Positions 55,081 to 64,000 of a DNA stretch of 64,000 nt are shown here, in pieces. How positions within the stretch are numbered: the first letter of the stretch is position 1; the number at the start of each line of letters is the position of its first letter. This stretch comes from Desulfuromonadales bacterium (GTDB taxonomy: Bacteria > Desulfobacterota > Desulfuromonadia > Desulfuromonadales > SZUA-540), in the NCBI GenBank assembly GCA_033549025.1, contig JAWSUS010000001.1, positions 75,590 through 139,589 on the forward strand, written 5' to 3'. The notes beneath the pieces were generated by a model. The model saw only the letters and a list, made by a program, of their open reading frames with translations, did not search any database and had not been told where the DNA came from. The position numbers and the translations under genes are program-made.

Positions 55081-56493
55081 TCAGCAACTCCCCTTGCGGG
55101 AGAAGACGACGGCAATCGTCTTGAATAGAATGCGGATGTCCAGCCACAGGCTCCAGTGGTCGATATAGTGCAGATCCAGGCGGACAATCTCGTTAAAATC
55201 TTCGATGGTGCTACGACCGCTGACCTGCCACATGCCGGTGATCCCTGGCTTGATACTGATGCGCCGTCTCTGCCAGTTTTCGTACTGCTCCACCTCGGCC
55301 GGCGTCGGCGGCCTGGTCCCTACCAGGCTCATATCGCCCTTGAGCACATTCCAGAACTGCGGCAGCTCATCGAGGCTGGTCTTGCGCAGGAACCTGCCGA
55401 CCCGAGTGACGCGTGGGTCGTTTTTCATCTTGAACATGGCCCCCTTCATCTCGTTCCGGGCCATCAGTCCCTCTTTGCGCTCCTCGGCATCGATATGCAT
55501 AGAGCGGAATTTCCAGCAATTGAACAGACGATTTCCCACCCTTACCCTCGGTTGGCTGAACAGCAGGGGACCAGGCGAATCGAGTTTGATCGCCAAGGCA
55601 ACAAAGGGGAAGATGAGACCCGTAAACGCCAGCCCGGCCAGCGCCCCAGTCACATCCAGTACCCGTTTGAGAAAAAGTTGATGGGCATCGAAGGCCTTGG
55701 GATAATAGGTGAGTATGGGCAGTTCATTGTGAAACAGGCTGATCTCCTTGCGGTAAAAAGACGCTTCAAAGAAATCCATCACCATTCTCACCGTCACGCC
55801 CAACTCTTCCAGATCCTGAAGGTAGGGTTCGGCGCTCACCACATAATCCTTGGGGATGCAGAACACCGCCTCGTCAACCTGGATATCCTTGCAAATGGCT
55901 ATCAAGTCGTCGGCTCGCCCGAGAACACGATGGCCTTCAACCGACTCCTGTAAAGTACCCGGTGTCACCTGGACAAAACCGACTATCTCCAATCCCCAGT
56001 CTTTATGGCTTTCGATGAGTTGGCAGAAACGGCGGGCTTTTTCCTGCGTCCCCACCACCAGAATGTGGCGGACGTTGAGCTTGCGTCGCCGCAAAGAGCC
56101 GAGGATAACTTTGACCAGTATTTTTTGGAGAACGAACAATAAAAAAGAAAGAAGCAGAAAAAGTAGGTAGAGACCACGGCTATATTTGTCCCGATCCAGA
56201 AAATAGATCAGGGAGGCAACCACTATGCCTCCGGCCAAGTGTACACTGGCAAGGCGGGTGATCATATCAAAGAGGGAAAGGCGCCGAATCGACTGGTAAA
56301 ACCCGTGTTTGGTCAGCAGATAAAACCACACCGGAGAGACCACCAAAAACACCCAGAGATACTCGATGGGTTTGTGAAGCCCGATGCCGATCTGGCCCCG
56401 GATGATATAAGCGATGGCGAAAGCCAAACCCAGCGTGAGGGAGTCGGTCAACATGGTAAGACGCGTAAACAATCGCGCCTGCTGTCTAAGCAT
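55081..56493 (-). CDS. Undecaprenyl-phosphate glycosyl-1-phosphate transferase (WcaJ/CpsE type, initiating transferase)
   Basis: N-terminal TM helices, KRVLD, KFRSM, DPRVTRVGRFLRKTSLDELPQFWNVLKGDMSLVG, KPGITGMWQ. Confidence 0.94.
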   Translation of the reverse strand: MLRQQARLFTRLTMLTDSLTLGLAFAIAYIIRGQIGIGLHKPIEYLWVFLVVSPVWFYLLTKHGFYQSIRRLSLFDMITRLASVHLAGGIVVASLIYFLDRDKYSRGLYLLFLLLSFLLFVLQKILVKVILGSLRRRKLNVRHILVVGTQEKARRFCQLIESHKDWGLEIVGFVQVTPGTLQESVEGHRVLGRADDLIAICKDIQVDEAVFCIPKDYVVSAEPYLQDLEELGVTVRMVMDFFEASFYRKEISLFHNELPILTYYPKAFDAHQLFLKRVLDVTGALAGLAFTGLIFPFVALAIKLDSPGPLLFSQPRVRVGNRLFNCWKFRSMHIDAEERKEGLMARNEMKGAMFKMKNDPRVTRVGRFLRKTSLDELPQFWNVLKGDMSLVGTRPPTPAEVEQYENWQRRRISIKPGITGMWQVSGRSTIEDFNEIVRLDLHYIDHWSLWLDIRILFKTIAVVFSRKGSC

Positions 56494-57421
56494 CGTCCGT
56501 CTCCACAGCTTCCCGGTCCCAGAACGTCTTCTGCATGCTTATGAATCGCTTGACTCCTGCAGGAAGGAGTCTCTCCAGCACCCCTGATCTGAAACCGAGA
56601 TACTTAATGGCGGTCCGCAAAAAAGCCGAAGGCAAAAAAAGAGGTGCATTTGTCAACAGAAAGCTGATTTCAGAGCGCAAAAAGCGTCCACCTTCGCCTT
56701 CGGCACCGCCGAAGCTTTGGCGAACCCAGGGTTGGCGCGCATGGAAAACCCCGATATCGAAATAACGCTGGAATTCCTGCCAATAACTGTAGTTATGGGA
56801 ATGGTTCACCTGGGCTTCCGCACAGTAGGCGATTTTCCAACCTGCCAAAAGCATCTTAGCTGCGACATAAGTATCTTCACTAACAATGCAGTGGTCAGGA
56901 AAGCCGCCAATGGCATTGAGGGCGCTGCGTCGATAGGCCGCAAAAGAGTTGGAGATAAAGGCTGTCTTTATTCCCATTGAAGGAATGTCATCGACTGTTT
57001 TTTTCCTGCTTTCAGGGGGATAGTTGAACAAACGGGCATGAGCCTCGATAGGATTAGCGGATTTTCGAGGTAATTGGCGACCATAGGCTGCACCAACTGT
57101 CGGATCATCAAAAGCAGTAATGAGGCGTTCCAACGCGTGGGAATTTGCCAGTATAGCATCCTGGGTCATATAGACGATGATATCGGAATCATGACACAAG
57201 GTATTGGCTAGCTGCCGCGTAGTGCCATGATCGAAGCTTTGTGACAGTAGGCTGTAAAATGAAATTCCTATTGAATTTAAAAGCTCCCTCGTTCCGTCTG
57301 ATGAATTTGAATCAAAAATTAAAAAATCGGTTAAAATACATTTTTGGGATTTTAAGGCATCGAACCAACTTTGAAACGTAGATAATGAATTTTTAGTCAA
57401 AAGGCAGACAATTACCTTCAT
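56486..57421 (-). CDS. GT2 glycosyltransferase, RfbN/WbaN-like rhamnosyltransferase
   Basis: FDHGTTRQ, YMTQDA, AYGRQLP, HARLFNYP, FISNSFAAYR, HSHNY...RYFDIG. Confidence 0.85.
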   Translation of the reverse strand: MKVIVCLLTKNSLSTFQSWFDALKSQKCILTDFLIFDSNSSDGTRELLNSIGISFYSLLSQSFDHGTTRQLANTLCHDSDIIVYMTQDAILANSHALERLITAFDDPTVGAAYGRQLPRKSANPIEAHARLFNYPPESRKKTVDDIPSMGIKTAFISNSFAAYRRSALNAIGGFPDHCIVSEDTYVAAKMLLAGWKIAYCAEAQVNHSHNYSYWQEFQRYFDIGVFHARQPWVRQSFGGAEGEGGRFLRSEISFLLTNAPLFLPSAFLRTAIKYLGFRSGVLERLLPAGVKRFISMQKTFWDREAVETDDA

Positions 57422-57568
57422 AAGCCTACAACACCCAGAAACAGATCCGACAACTTCAAGACAATTAAATACCTAAAGTATCAAAAAATTTTAAATTTTA
57501 CCAATTTTGGCCACGATATCCTAAGAAATGTGCCTGGAATTCAATTCATTCAAACAATACATACATCA

Positions 57569-58867
57569 CTATCTATCACGTCTAATTACTCTTGAATTGA
57601 AAGTACGAACAAGCCTGATTGCAGAAAGGATGATTTGCCGCAACCAAGGCAACCGATTTATTGTGAGCTTTACCTCACCAAATTTAAGGGCACCGTGGTA
57701 ATTAAGAACCTCTCCGATATCCTGCCAAAACTTACGGCAGCGAGATTCACCAACATGGGGCAGTCTCGTTTCCGGGAAATAGGCAAAACGACGCAGCCCT
57801 CTTTTAGCGTTCTGCGTTGCCTGCAAAAAGCTGTGACCAAACCAGCGATCCGGTTCAAGGTGGCACCCCTCTGCCCACTCGTTCCATGCATTAATGAATA
57901 CCAATTTATCGCCTTCTAGTGAGCTCTGCAAAGTCCGGTCAATTGTAGATGAGAGCCAGTACTCGTAATTGTCAGGCACGCCGTTCAAGACGACAAGTGC
58001 ACGTTCATTAGTCCGAGCTGTGTTATCCCAAGACGGAAACACAGTCCGAAAGATCCTTGACCCTTCATAATCGCGCTCAAGATAAGAACAAGCAACGTCA
58101 GCATACTGTATCACGTTACCACGAAATGCCTTATAAAACCGGATATCCCTATTTATATTGTCAGCAGAAAGATTATGCGGAGGAAACTCGACGCCACTGT
58201 CAAAACCAAACCGCTTGTAGTCCATATTGCCGTGCGTCAGAGCGGCGCAGATGTGAATTTCACCCAAACCGACTGAACGACAGTGATCACGCCAAACATG
58301 AGAAGACCTACGAGCATCAGGCAAATGTTGGGGCCGGTAAATAATTAGGAAAGGCCTACCATCGACGCGAATGTAGCGCCGATCCTCAAAGAAAGGAACC
58401 AGTGACTTTATAAATGCAAGATCGTCCCCAGGCAGATATTTTTGTTCAATCAAAACCTCATGATCTGCCGCATCCCATCTTCGCGTCCAACTCTCGTTAG
58501 CCCAACATAGGCAAAAAGGCATGTCGCTGTCCGGATCTGCCAGCATATCATCGAGTGGACGGTTAAGAATGCGAGTTCCGGAGAACCAATAATAGTGGTA
58601 GCAAAAGCCATCTATATTATAGTTCTTGGCGGTTTGAATTTGGTCACGGCGTGTTTCCTGTACCCTTAGATCGTAGAAACCGAAATCACTTGGAAGATGC
58701 GGTTGGAGATGCCCATTGAATAATGGAAGCGCCTTTGTCACATTAGTCCACTCAGTAAAACCCTTCCCCCACCATTGATCGTTTTCCGGTGTCGGGTGAA
58801 ATTGGGGAAGGTAGAAGGCTATTAACCTCAAGAAATCACTATCTCTACCATTTGTTTTTTTTTCCAT
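57569..58867 (-). CDS. WbsX / GH99-like domain protein (stand-alone)
   Basis: IAFYLPQFHP.PENDQWWGKGFTEWTNV, GFCYHYYWF, CWANESWTRRWD, WDNTAR, FINAWNEWAEG.HLEPD. Confidence 0.88.
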   Translation of the reverse strand: MEKKTNGRDSDFLRLIAFYLPQFHPTPENDQWWGKGFTEWTNVTKALPLFNGHLQPHLPSDFGFYDLRVQETRRDQIQTAKNYNIDGFCYHYYWFSGTRILNRPLDDMLADPDSDMPFCLCWANESWTRRWDAADHEVLIEQKYLPGDDLAFIKSLVPFFEDRRYIRVDGRPFLIIYRPQHLPDARRSSHVWRDHCRSVGLGEIHICAALTHGNMDYKRFGFDSGVEFPPHNLSADNINRDIRFYKAFRGNVIQYADVACSYLERDYEGSRIFRTVFPSWDNTARTNERALVVLNGVPDNYEYWLSSTIDRTLQSSLEGDKLVFINAWNEWAEGCHLEPDRWFGHSFLQATQNAKRGLRRFAYFPETRLPHVGESRCRKFWQDIGEVLNYHGALKFGEVKLTINRLPWLRQIILSAIRLVRTFNSRVIRRDR

Positions 58868-58893
58868 TAAGACACCGACCTAGGAGTAAAGAA

Positions 58894-60360
58894 TTACCTT
58901 CGTGCGTGGTCTGGATCCAGCCATTGGAAGGTCATATCTGGGACTTGATAATATCTCCGCAACCAATGATATATAATATCACGTTGATATGGCATTGTTT
59001 CTGCGTAGCGCTCCTCAGGAAGGCGATAAAGCAACAAGGTTTTTGGTCCTATATTATGCAGAGTATCAAACCCTGCAGCAAGCAATTTTGCATGGTTAGC
59101 CTTATGATATGGTGCATTTGCTGAATAGCCTTTGTAAGTTTTTATTGCCTGTGGCAACGCCATTATTGCTAGCATGGCAACTAATACCATCAGCCAACGA
59201 TTCCAAACCCACCCTATGCTTATCCAGTAAACAGAAGGAAAAAGCATCAGCAAATAAAATGTGAGCAGTGCCCGACCAGAAACACCTGGTGCGAAGAGCA
59301 AGAGAAGCAAGGAAGCTACAGCTGCAACAAAAGTAGCTGCAATAGCCGGTGGAATCCACCCCTTACGCACCCCCACAAAATGCATGACTGTAAACCCAAC
59401 TAGCCATAAACCAACCGTTACTATTGGGGGAAATAGCTTAACTACGCCAAACAAGACCGTGACCACAGCAACCCCTGTCACAAGAATCCGTCGGGCCGGC
59501 ACATAAGAACAAATTTTTGATGCAAAAACAATTAAAGCTAAGACAGCAAAAAGCGAGATAGGTCCGCCCTCGGAATTTAATAAAAAAGTGGCAATGTCTT
59601 TAGCGTTAGCCCAAATGGTCGCAAAAATGCCCTCATGTGGATAGGTCGACACATTACGACGAACATAATTTCCAGGAGCTAATATCACCAACAATGCAGC
59701 CCCTAAAACGATCACGTGATGGGGCCATTCCTGGTATAAGACCTTAAAGGTGGCACGCTGCAAGCTCAAAAAAAACGTGTAAGCAAGCATAAAGGCAAAC
59801 ATAGCAACGGACATTTGTTCATGAAATAGGGCCGCCAGTGCAACCAACACAGTGGAGGGCCAATAGAGATGACCTTTATAAATAATTAAGCCAATTGCTA
59901 CTCCAAATAGCGCCACTCCCCAAGCGTATGCAATGGAGGCGGAAAACCAGTATAACCCTCCTGCAGTGACAAAAGTCGGCAAAGCTAAAAAGTACGCCAC
60001 AGGTATCAATAACAATGAGGACCATAATTCCCGTCCTCTCTGAAAAACCACAACTGCACTAAAAACTATTGTAACCAAAACGAAAATCTGCACTAGCCGA
60101 ACAGCTTCAACCCCAAATTTAAATAAATTAATTTGCAAAAAAAAGGGGAAAAACCGGCCAGACCAATTTTGATATTCCTGATAAAGAAATTGAATCAAAT
60201 CAGCCTGTGAGAAGTCTCTTCCTACCCCGGTCACCACCTCAGTACTGTATGAGAGCGTTGCATAGCCCCAATCGTCATGATAAGGGAACACCAGCCTGTG
60301 CTGTGCTAGCAAAAAAGCAAAAAAGCAAAGGGAAAATACCTGCCAACACTTGCGCTGCAT
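58894..60360 (-). CDS. Polytopic membrane protein, probable GtrC-type serotype-specific glycosyltransferase
   Basis: Many TM segments, DD motif (YHDDWGY), WSGR, APGNYVR. Directly follows gtrB (ATG 60360; ORF open to 60390). Confidence 0.7.
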   Translation of the reverse strand: MQRKCWQVFSLCFFAFLLAQHRLVFPYHDDWGYATLSYSTEVVTGVGRDFSQADLIQFLYQEYQNWSGRFFPFFLQINLFKFGVEAVRLVQIFVLVTIVFSAVVVFQRGRELWSSLLLIPVAYFLALPTFVTAGGLYWFSASIAYAWGVALFGVAIGLIIYKGHLYWPSTVLVALAALFHEQMSVAMFAFMLAYTFFLSLQRATFKVLYQEWPHHVIVLGAALLVILAPGNYVRRNVSTYPHEGIFATIWANAKDIATFLLNSEGGPISLFAVLALIVFASKICSYVPARRILVTGVAVVTVLFGVVKLFPPIVTVGLWLVGFTVMHFVGVRKGWIPPAIAATFVAAVASLLLLLFAPGVSGRALLTFYLLMLFPSVYWISIGWVWNRWLMVLVAMLAIMALPQAIKTYKGYSANAPYHKANHAKLLAAGFDTLHNIGPKTLLLYRLPEERYAETMPYQRDIIYHWLRRYYQVPDMTFQWLDPDHARR

Positions 60361-60361
60361 G

Positions 60362-61306
60362 TCACCCTGCATTTCTGAGTTCTGTGGCATTGACTACCTC
60401 TTGCAATACATACCGAGGCCTATGTTTTGTTTCAAGGTAGATACGCCCAACATATTCCCCCAAAACCCCAATGCCAACCAACTGAACTCCTCCAAGGAAC
60501 AAAATAGCAGTCATCAAGGACGGGTAACCCGGGACAGGATTGCCCCATAAAATTTTTTCAACGACCATCCACATGGCGTAAAACAGCGCTAGTGACGCAA
60601 CAAAACTGCCAATATATGTCCATATTCGTAAAGGCACGGTGCTAAAAGATGTGATACCTTCGAGGGCCAAGTTCCAAAGTTTCCAACCATTAAACTTACT
60701 ATTACCCGCAACGCGAGCTGCCCGCTTATACTCTACAACAGCAGTACGAAAACCAACCCAAGAGAGTATACCTTTCATGAATAAGTTTCGTTCAGGCATC
60801 GCCAAAATAGCGGTTACCACCTGTCTTGACATTAAGCGAAAATCACCAACATTTTCTTCAATAGGCGGATGGCTGATTCGGTTGTGAAGTTGATAAAATA
60901 GTTCAGCTGTGCGGCGCTTAAGGTAGCTATCATGTTTTCGGTCTACACGTTTCGCCAACACAACTTCCGCACCATTGCGCCATTCAATCAACATGGAGGG
61001 TATAACATCAACAGGGTCTTGAAGGTCAACATCAATAGGGATAATGACATCGCCAGTAGCATAATTCAGCCCAGCGAATAGTGCTGCTTCTTTACCGAAG
61101 TTACGTGAAAAACACACAAGGACAACCCTTTTATCTTTTTCACAAAATGATTTAATAAGCTGCCTAGTGTTATCCCGACTTCCATCATCAACAAACACCA
61201 ACTCAACATCTAATCCTTGAAAATGTGAACTGTGACGCACTTCTTTATAAAACAAAGGGATAGCTTCTTCCTCGTTAAACACAGGAACAACAAGGGAGAT
61301 TTTCAT
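60362..61306 (-). CDS. gtrB: Bactoprenol glucosyltransferase GtrB
   Basis: [53 protein letters not shown]. Confidence 0.92.
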   Translation of the reverse strand: MKISLVVPVFNEEEAIPLFYKEVRHSSHFQGLDVELVFVDDGSRDNTRQLIKSFCEKDKRVVLVCFSRNFGKEAALFAGLNYATGDVIIPIDVDLQDPVDVIPSMLIEWRNGAEVVLAKRVDRKHDSYLKRRTAELFYQLHNRISHPPIEENVGDFRLMSRQVVTAILAMPERNLFMKGILSWVGFRTAVVEYKRAARVAGNSKFNGWKLWNLALEGITSFSTVPLRIWTYIGSFVASLALFYAMWMVVEKILWGNPVPGYPSLMTAILFLGGVQLVGIGVLGEYVGRIYLETKHRPRYVLQEVVNATELRNAG

Positions 61307-61687
61307 TTAATGTCTCCTAAAAACAACAAAATGAGAAAAGGAAAAACCAAGCAATAGACTCAAAGCAGAAGACAGAACAAGCGTTAGTACGGGCCATAGA
61401 GCAAAAACATCTGCTAAGTGTCCTAGCAAATAGTTTACAGAACCCAAAAAGCTAACAAAGATGACATAGCGCAGACTGCTTGCAGGAGCATTAAAAGTCC
61501 AATAGGCGTTCAGGAAAAAAGAAACCGTAACAGCGGATCCAAAACCTACAAGATTACTGGTCGCCTGATTAATTCCTACAAAAAGGTGCAAAAACAAAAA
61601 CATAAACCAGTGTAATAATGTATTAAGAACTCCCACACTGATGTATCGAAAAAGTCTGGAATACAAAGAATTTTGAATTTTCACCAT
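61307..61687 (-). CDS. gtrA: GtrA-family bactoprenol-glucose flippase
   Basis: RYISVGVLNTLLHW, NQATSN, SFFLNAYWTF; four TM segments; abuts gtrB. Confidence 0.88.
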   Translation of the reverse strand: MVKIQNSLYSRLFRYISVGVLNTLLHWFMFLFLHLFVGINQATSNLVGFGSAVTVSFFLNAYWTFNAPASSLRYVIFVSFLGSVNYLLGHLADVFALWPVLTLVLSSALSLLLGFSFSHFVVFRRH

Positions 61688-61743
61688 TGAAAACTATATC
61701 CCATTGAGATTGATTTAAAAATTTTTATCGATAAATTTTTATC

Positions 61744-64000
61744 TCAAACGCTACGCTTTGCATATTGGTACTCCATCAAAGCATCAGGTTCTTTTTGATC
61801 TGTATCAATAAGTATGTATGATTTGGCGAAATTACTTACAGAAATCACTCTTTCAAGTGCATGTGCAAGTGTCCCATCAATTTGTCCAGCTTCTGGCTCA
61901 AAATCAGAATCACTTAGCTCCAAATTCAAAAGTGGAAGCAACGCATCTGTACGAGCAAAAAACATAGTGCCAGCAACAAAGTTTAAAGAGATCGTCATTT
62001 CTAGGGATTGGCCGAGTCTACGTGCAAGACGCTCAACAGTTTTGGCGTTCGACCCAAAATAGAATTCCATTGGAACAACGTGACCGGATGGACCAATTAG
62101 ACCCACACGGTTATTTTCATTAAATATACTTATGGCCCGCTGCACAGCATCATTGCTCAGTAATTTACCGTAAAGATCATCTCTCCAATAATCACCATCT
62201 TCCCTGTGGAATGATTTCTTAGTGTGAATTTTCAAAAAATAAGCATATCCCTCGGCAACAATTTTCCTAAAAGTTTTTAGAAAAGGAAGCACATCGCGTC
62301 CACGGTTTTCAACTGGTGCAAGGCTGTAATGAAAACCACTGGAAGACAGGACATCCTCAATCCGTCCATATAAATCATGAGGGGTAGTAACAAAAAGCTT
62401 AAATGGAATATGGACTCCACTCAAACGTTTAATTATATCAATAAAAACGTCTTCGTAAAAAGCATGTATGATAATTGCTATTGATTTACTGTCTGGAAGC
62501 ATACAGTGTGTAGTTCTCACTTGAGCCATCCGCGTCGCCTCTAAATAAGCATATCCATTGCGCTGGTCAGGCTCTAAGTGCGCCCCCTCCGCCCATTCAT
62601 TCCAAGCATTAATAAAAACAACCCGTTCGTCAGCATTAACAAAACGGCGCTGTGTATCAATTATTGCGTTATGTAGCCACTCTTGATACCCTTGAGGCGT
62701 ATTATTAAGGAAAATGTTTCCTTTGTTCTTTTTACGAGCTGTATTATCCCAACCAGGATTTACGCTTCGAAAAAGCTTATATCCCGGATCATTGTAGTTT
62801 TTACTACGTTCAACAAACACTCGCCAATCGTAAACCTCACCCAAAAAATCACCATCAGCTTTCCTCTTTACACTATTTGTGATATTTGGTGGTGCAGAAT
62901 TATTAGGTGGAAACTCGATAGCTGCGTCAAATCCGTACGTTGAAGGATCCATATTTTCAAAAGATTGTGTGTACGCGAGGTAAATCTCACCTATCTCGTT
63001 CTCCAAGCACCATCCACGCCAACGCTTTACAGTCTCCCTAGCAGCGGGCAAAAGACTTGGCCGGTAGACAAGAAGGAGAGGTTTGCCGTCTATCCTGATA
63101 TAGCGATCATCTTTCATGTAACGTGTAACATGAGCAATGAATTCGATGTCATCTTCAGGTGAATGTTTTTGCGAAATAAGAATGTCACTTTCCAGCCCAT
63201 CCCATCGTCGGCTCCAATTTTCATTTGCCCAGCACAAGCAAAACGGCAAATCTAAACTTCTATCATGAAGGTAGTTCTCGATTGGGGCTTCCAGAAGCCG
63301 CGTTCCTCCAAACCAGTAAAAATAGAAACAAAAGCCACTAATTCCATAGAGCTTTGCTAACTCAACCTGACGACGTTGTACCAGAGGTTCAAGCAGATTG
63401 TAATAACCAAGCTCACCAGGAATATGAGGTTGATAGTGCCCCACAAACTGTGGCTGAGCCGGTTGTACGTTGGTCCATTCAGTAAACCCTTCTCCCCACC
63501 ATTCATCGTTCTCCGGAATAGGATGAAATTGCGGCAGATAAAAGCAAATCAATTTTACAGGTTTATCCTCTAGAGGTGTCGCTTGAAGCAGAGGAACATA
63601 GCCTTCAGCAGACTGAACAGTTTCGGGGATTAAAGGATTCTGTGCATTATCAACCACTAAACTTTGATGGTCGATCCAATTTTTGTAAGCTACCATGTGA
63701 CGGAACATAAAGGGGGCATGAGTAAATAGTATGCCCTTTAGCTTCTCCTTTGCCTGAGTAGGGATTGGGAATGAGTGCCATATTTTTTTTACAACTGTTA
63801 TGATTTGGTTCCACAAAGAACACTTTACCGCCCTTGTCAAAACACGGCGAAAATTACGCAACGGTGCAGTCAAAGTCCACGATTTACTGTTTAGAACTTC
63901 TTTGAACTTACATTTGAGGGCAATGATCTGACCGTCTCGCTCAGCAACCAAATGGTGGAGGTTCTCAAGCTGGCCGTCTCGCTCGGCAACTAGATGGTGG
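61744..64000 (-). CDS. Multidomain polysaccharide protein: coiled coil + WbsX/GH99-like + RgpF (rhamnan synthesis F)-like; 5' end outside the window
   Basis: Frame stays open to the window edge (HHLVAERDGQLENLHHLVAERDGQ...). SKSWTLTAPLR motif; WbsX motifs; then IIIHAFY, ENRGRDVLPF, KIHTKKS, FVAGTMF, DGTLAHALER. Confidence 0.85.
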   Translation of the reverse strand, partial: HHLVAERDGQLENLHHLVAERDGQIIALKCKFKEVLNSKSWTLTAPLRNFRRVLTRAVKCSLWNQIITVVKKIWHSFPIPTQAKEKLKGILFTHAPFMFRHMVAYKNWIDHQSLVVDNAQNPLIPETVQSAEGYVPLLQATPLEDKPVKLICFYLPQFHPIPENDEWWGEGFTEWTNVQPAQPQFVGHYQPHIPGELGYYNLLEPLVQRRQVELAKLYGISGFCFYFYWFGGTRLLEAPIENYLHDRSLDLPFCLCWANENWSRRWDGLESDILISQKHSPEDDIEFIAHVTRYMKDDRYIRIDGKPLLLVYRPSLLPAARETVKRWRGWCLENEIGEIYLAYTQSFENMDPSTYGFDAAIEFPPNNSAPPNITNSVKRKADGDFLGEVYDWRVFVERSKNYNDPGYKLFRSVNPGWDNTARKKNKGNIFLNNTPQGYQEWLHNAIIDTQRRFVNADERVVFINAWNEWAEGAHLEPDQRNGYAYLEATRMAQVRTTHCMLPDSKSIAIIIHAFYEDVFIDIIKRLSGVHIPFKLFVTTPHDLYGRIEDVLSSSGFHYSLAPVENRGRDVLPFLKTFRKIVAEGYAYFLKIHTKKSFHREDGDYWRDDLYGKLLSNDAVQRAISIFNENNRVGLIGPSGHVVPMEFYFGSNAKTVERLARRLGQSLEMTISLNFVAGTMFFARTDALLPLLNLELSDSDFEPEAGQIDGTLAHALERVISVSNFAKSYILIDTDQKEPDALMEYQYAKRSV
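63916..64000 (-). repeat. 42-bp tandem repeat encoding a 14-aa double heptad (at least 2 units, truncated by the window edge)
   Basis: CACCATCTAGTTGCCGAGCGAGACGGCCAGCTTGAGAACCTC / CACCATTTGGTTGCTGAGCGAGACGGTCAGATCATTGCCCTC. Confidence 0.85.

Noticed and set aside
54936..55187. Short ORFs across element B (HHKDTKAPRK..., TTKTPRHQE...)
   Set aside because: The peptide periodicity is just a translation of the DNA repeat. They have no clear RBS and overlap the sugar-transferase 3' end.
59768..60144. A8 tracts in the gtrC-like gene (59768-59775, 60137-60144) as phase-variation sites
   Set aside because: Short A/T runs are expected in an AT-rich, Phe-rich membrane-protein gene, and the frame is intact.

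Overview
This is a GC-rich bacterial chromosome segment. Gene content and order suggest Desulfuromonadales/Geobacterales (inferred, not searched). Bases 1-53,300 are mostly core genes: the 5' part of a che cluster (DUF4388-cheY-cheA-ExeA ATPase-cheW), der-era-rnc, tmk-holB-PSP1-metG-tatD/rSAM, upp-uraA, hfq-miaA-mutL, an SgmX-like TPR gene plus a second ExeA ATPase, pgi, rluB-scpBA, a DHH/CBS tRNA nucleotidyltransferase, pyrKD, purMN, rpmB, rel-rpoZ-gmk-yicC, an epimerase and ugd. Bases ~53,300-64,000 are the distal end of a surface-polysaccharide (O-antigen-like) locus whose inner part is AT-rich. Best leads: (i) two ~110-bp CCAC...GTGG inverted-repeat elements built from three periodic 8-bp or 10-bp units, which bracket an rjg-like beta-CASP nuclease gene like a cassette; (ii) a 42-bp tandem repeat encoding a coiled-coil 'ruler' in a WbsX-RgpF fusion; (iii) a gtrABC module with no phage genes nearby; (iv) a Rel enzyme with a substituted hydrolase site; (v) the same CCGGCAGG-N9-CCTGCCGG palindrome ~30 nt after both hfq and rpoZ. 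I saw no tRNA, rRNA, CRISPR array, transposase or integrase. All calls come from motif recognition by eye; no database search was run.
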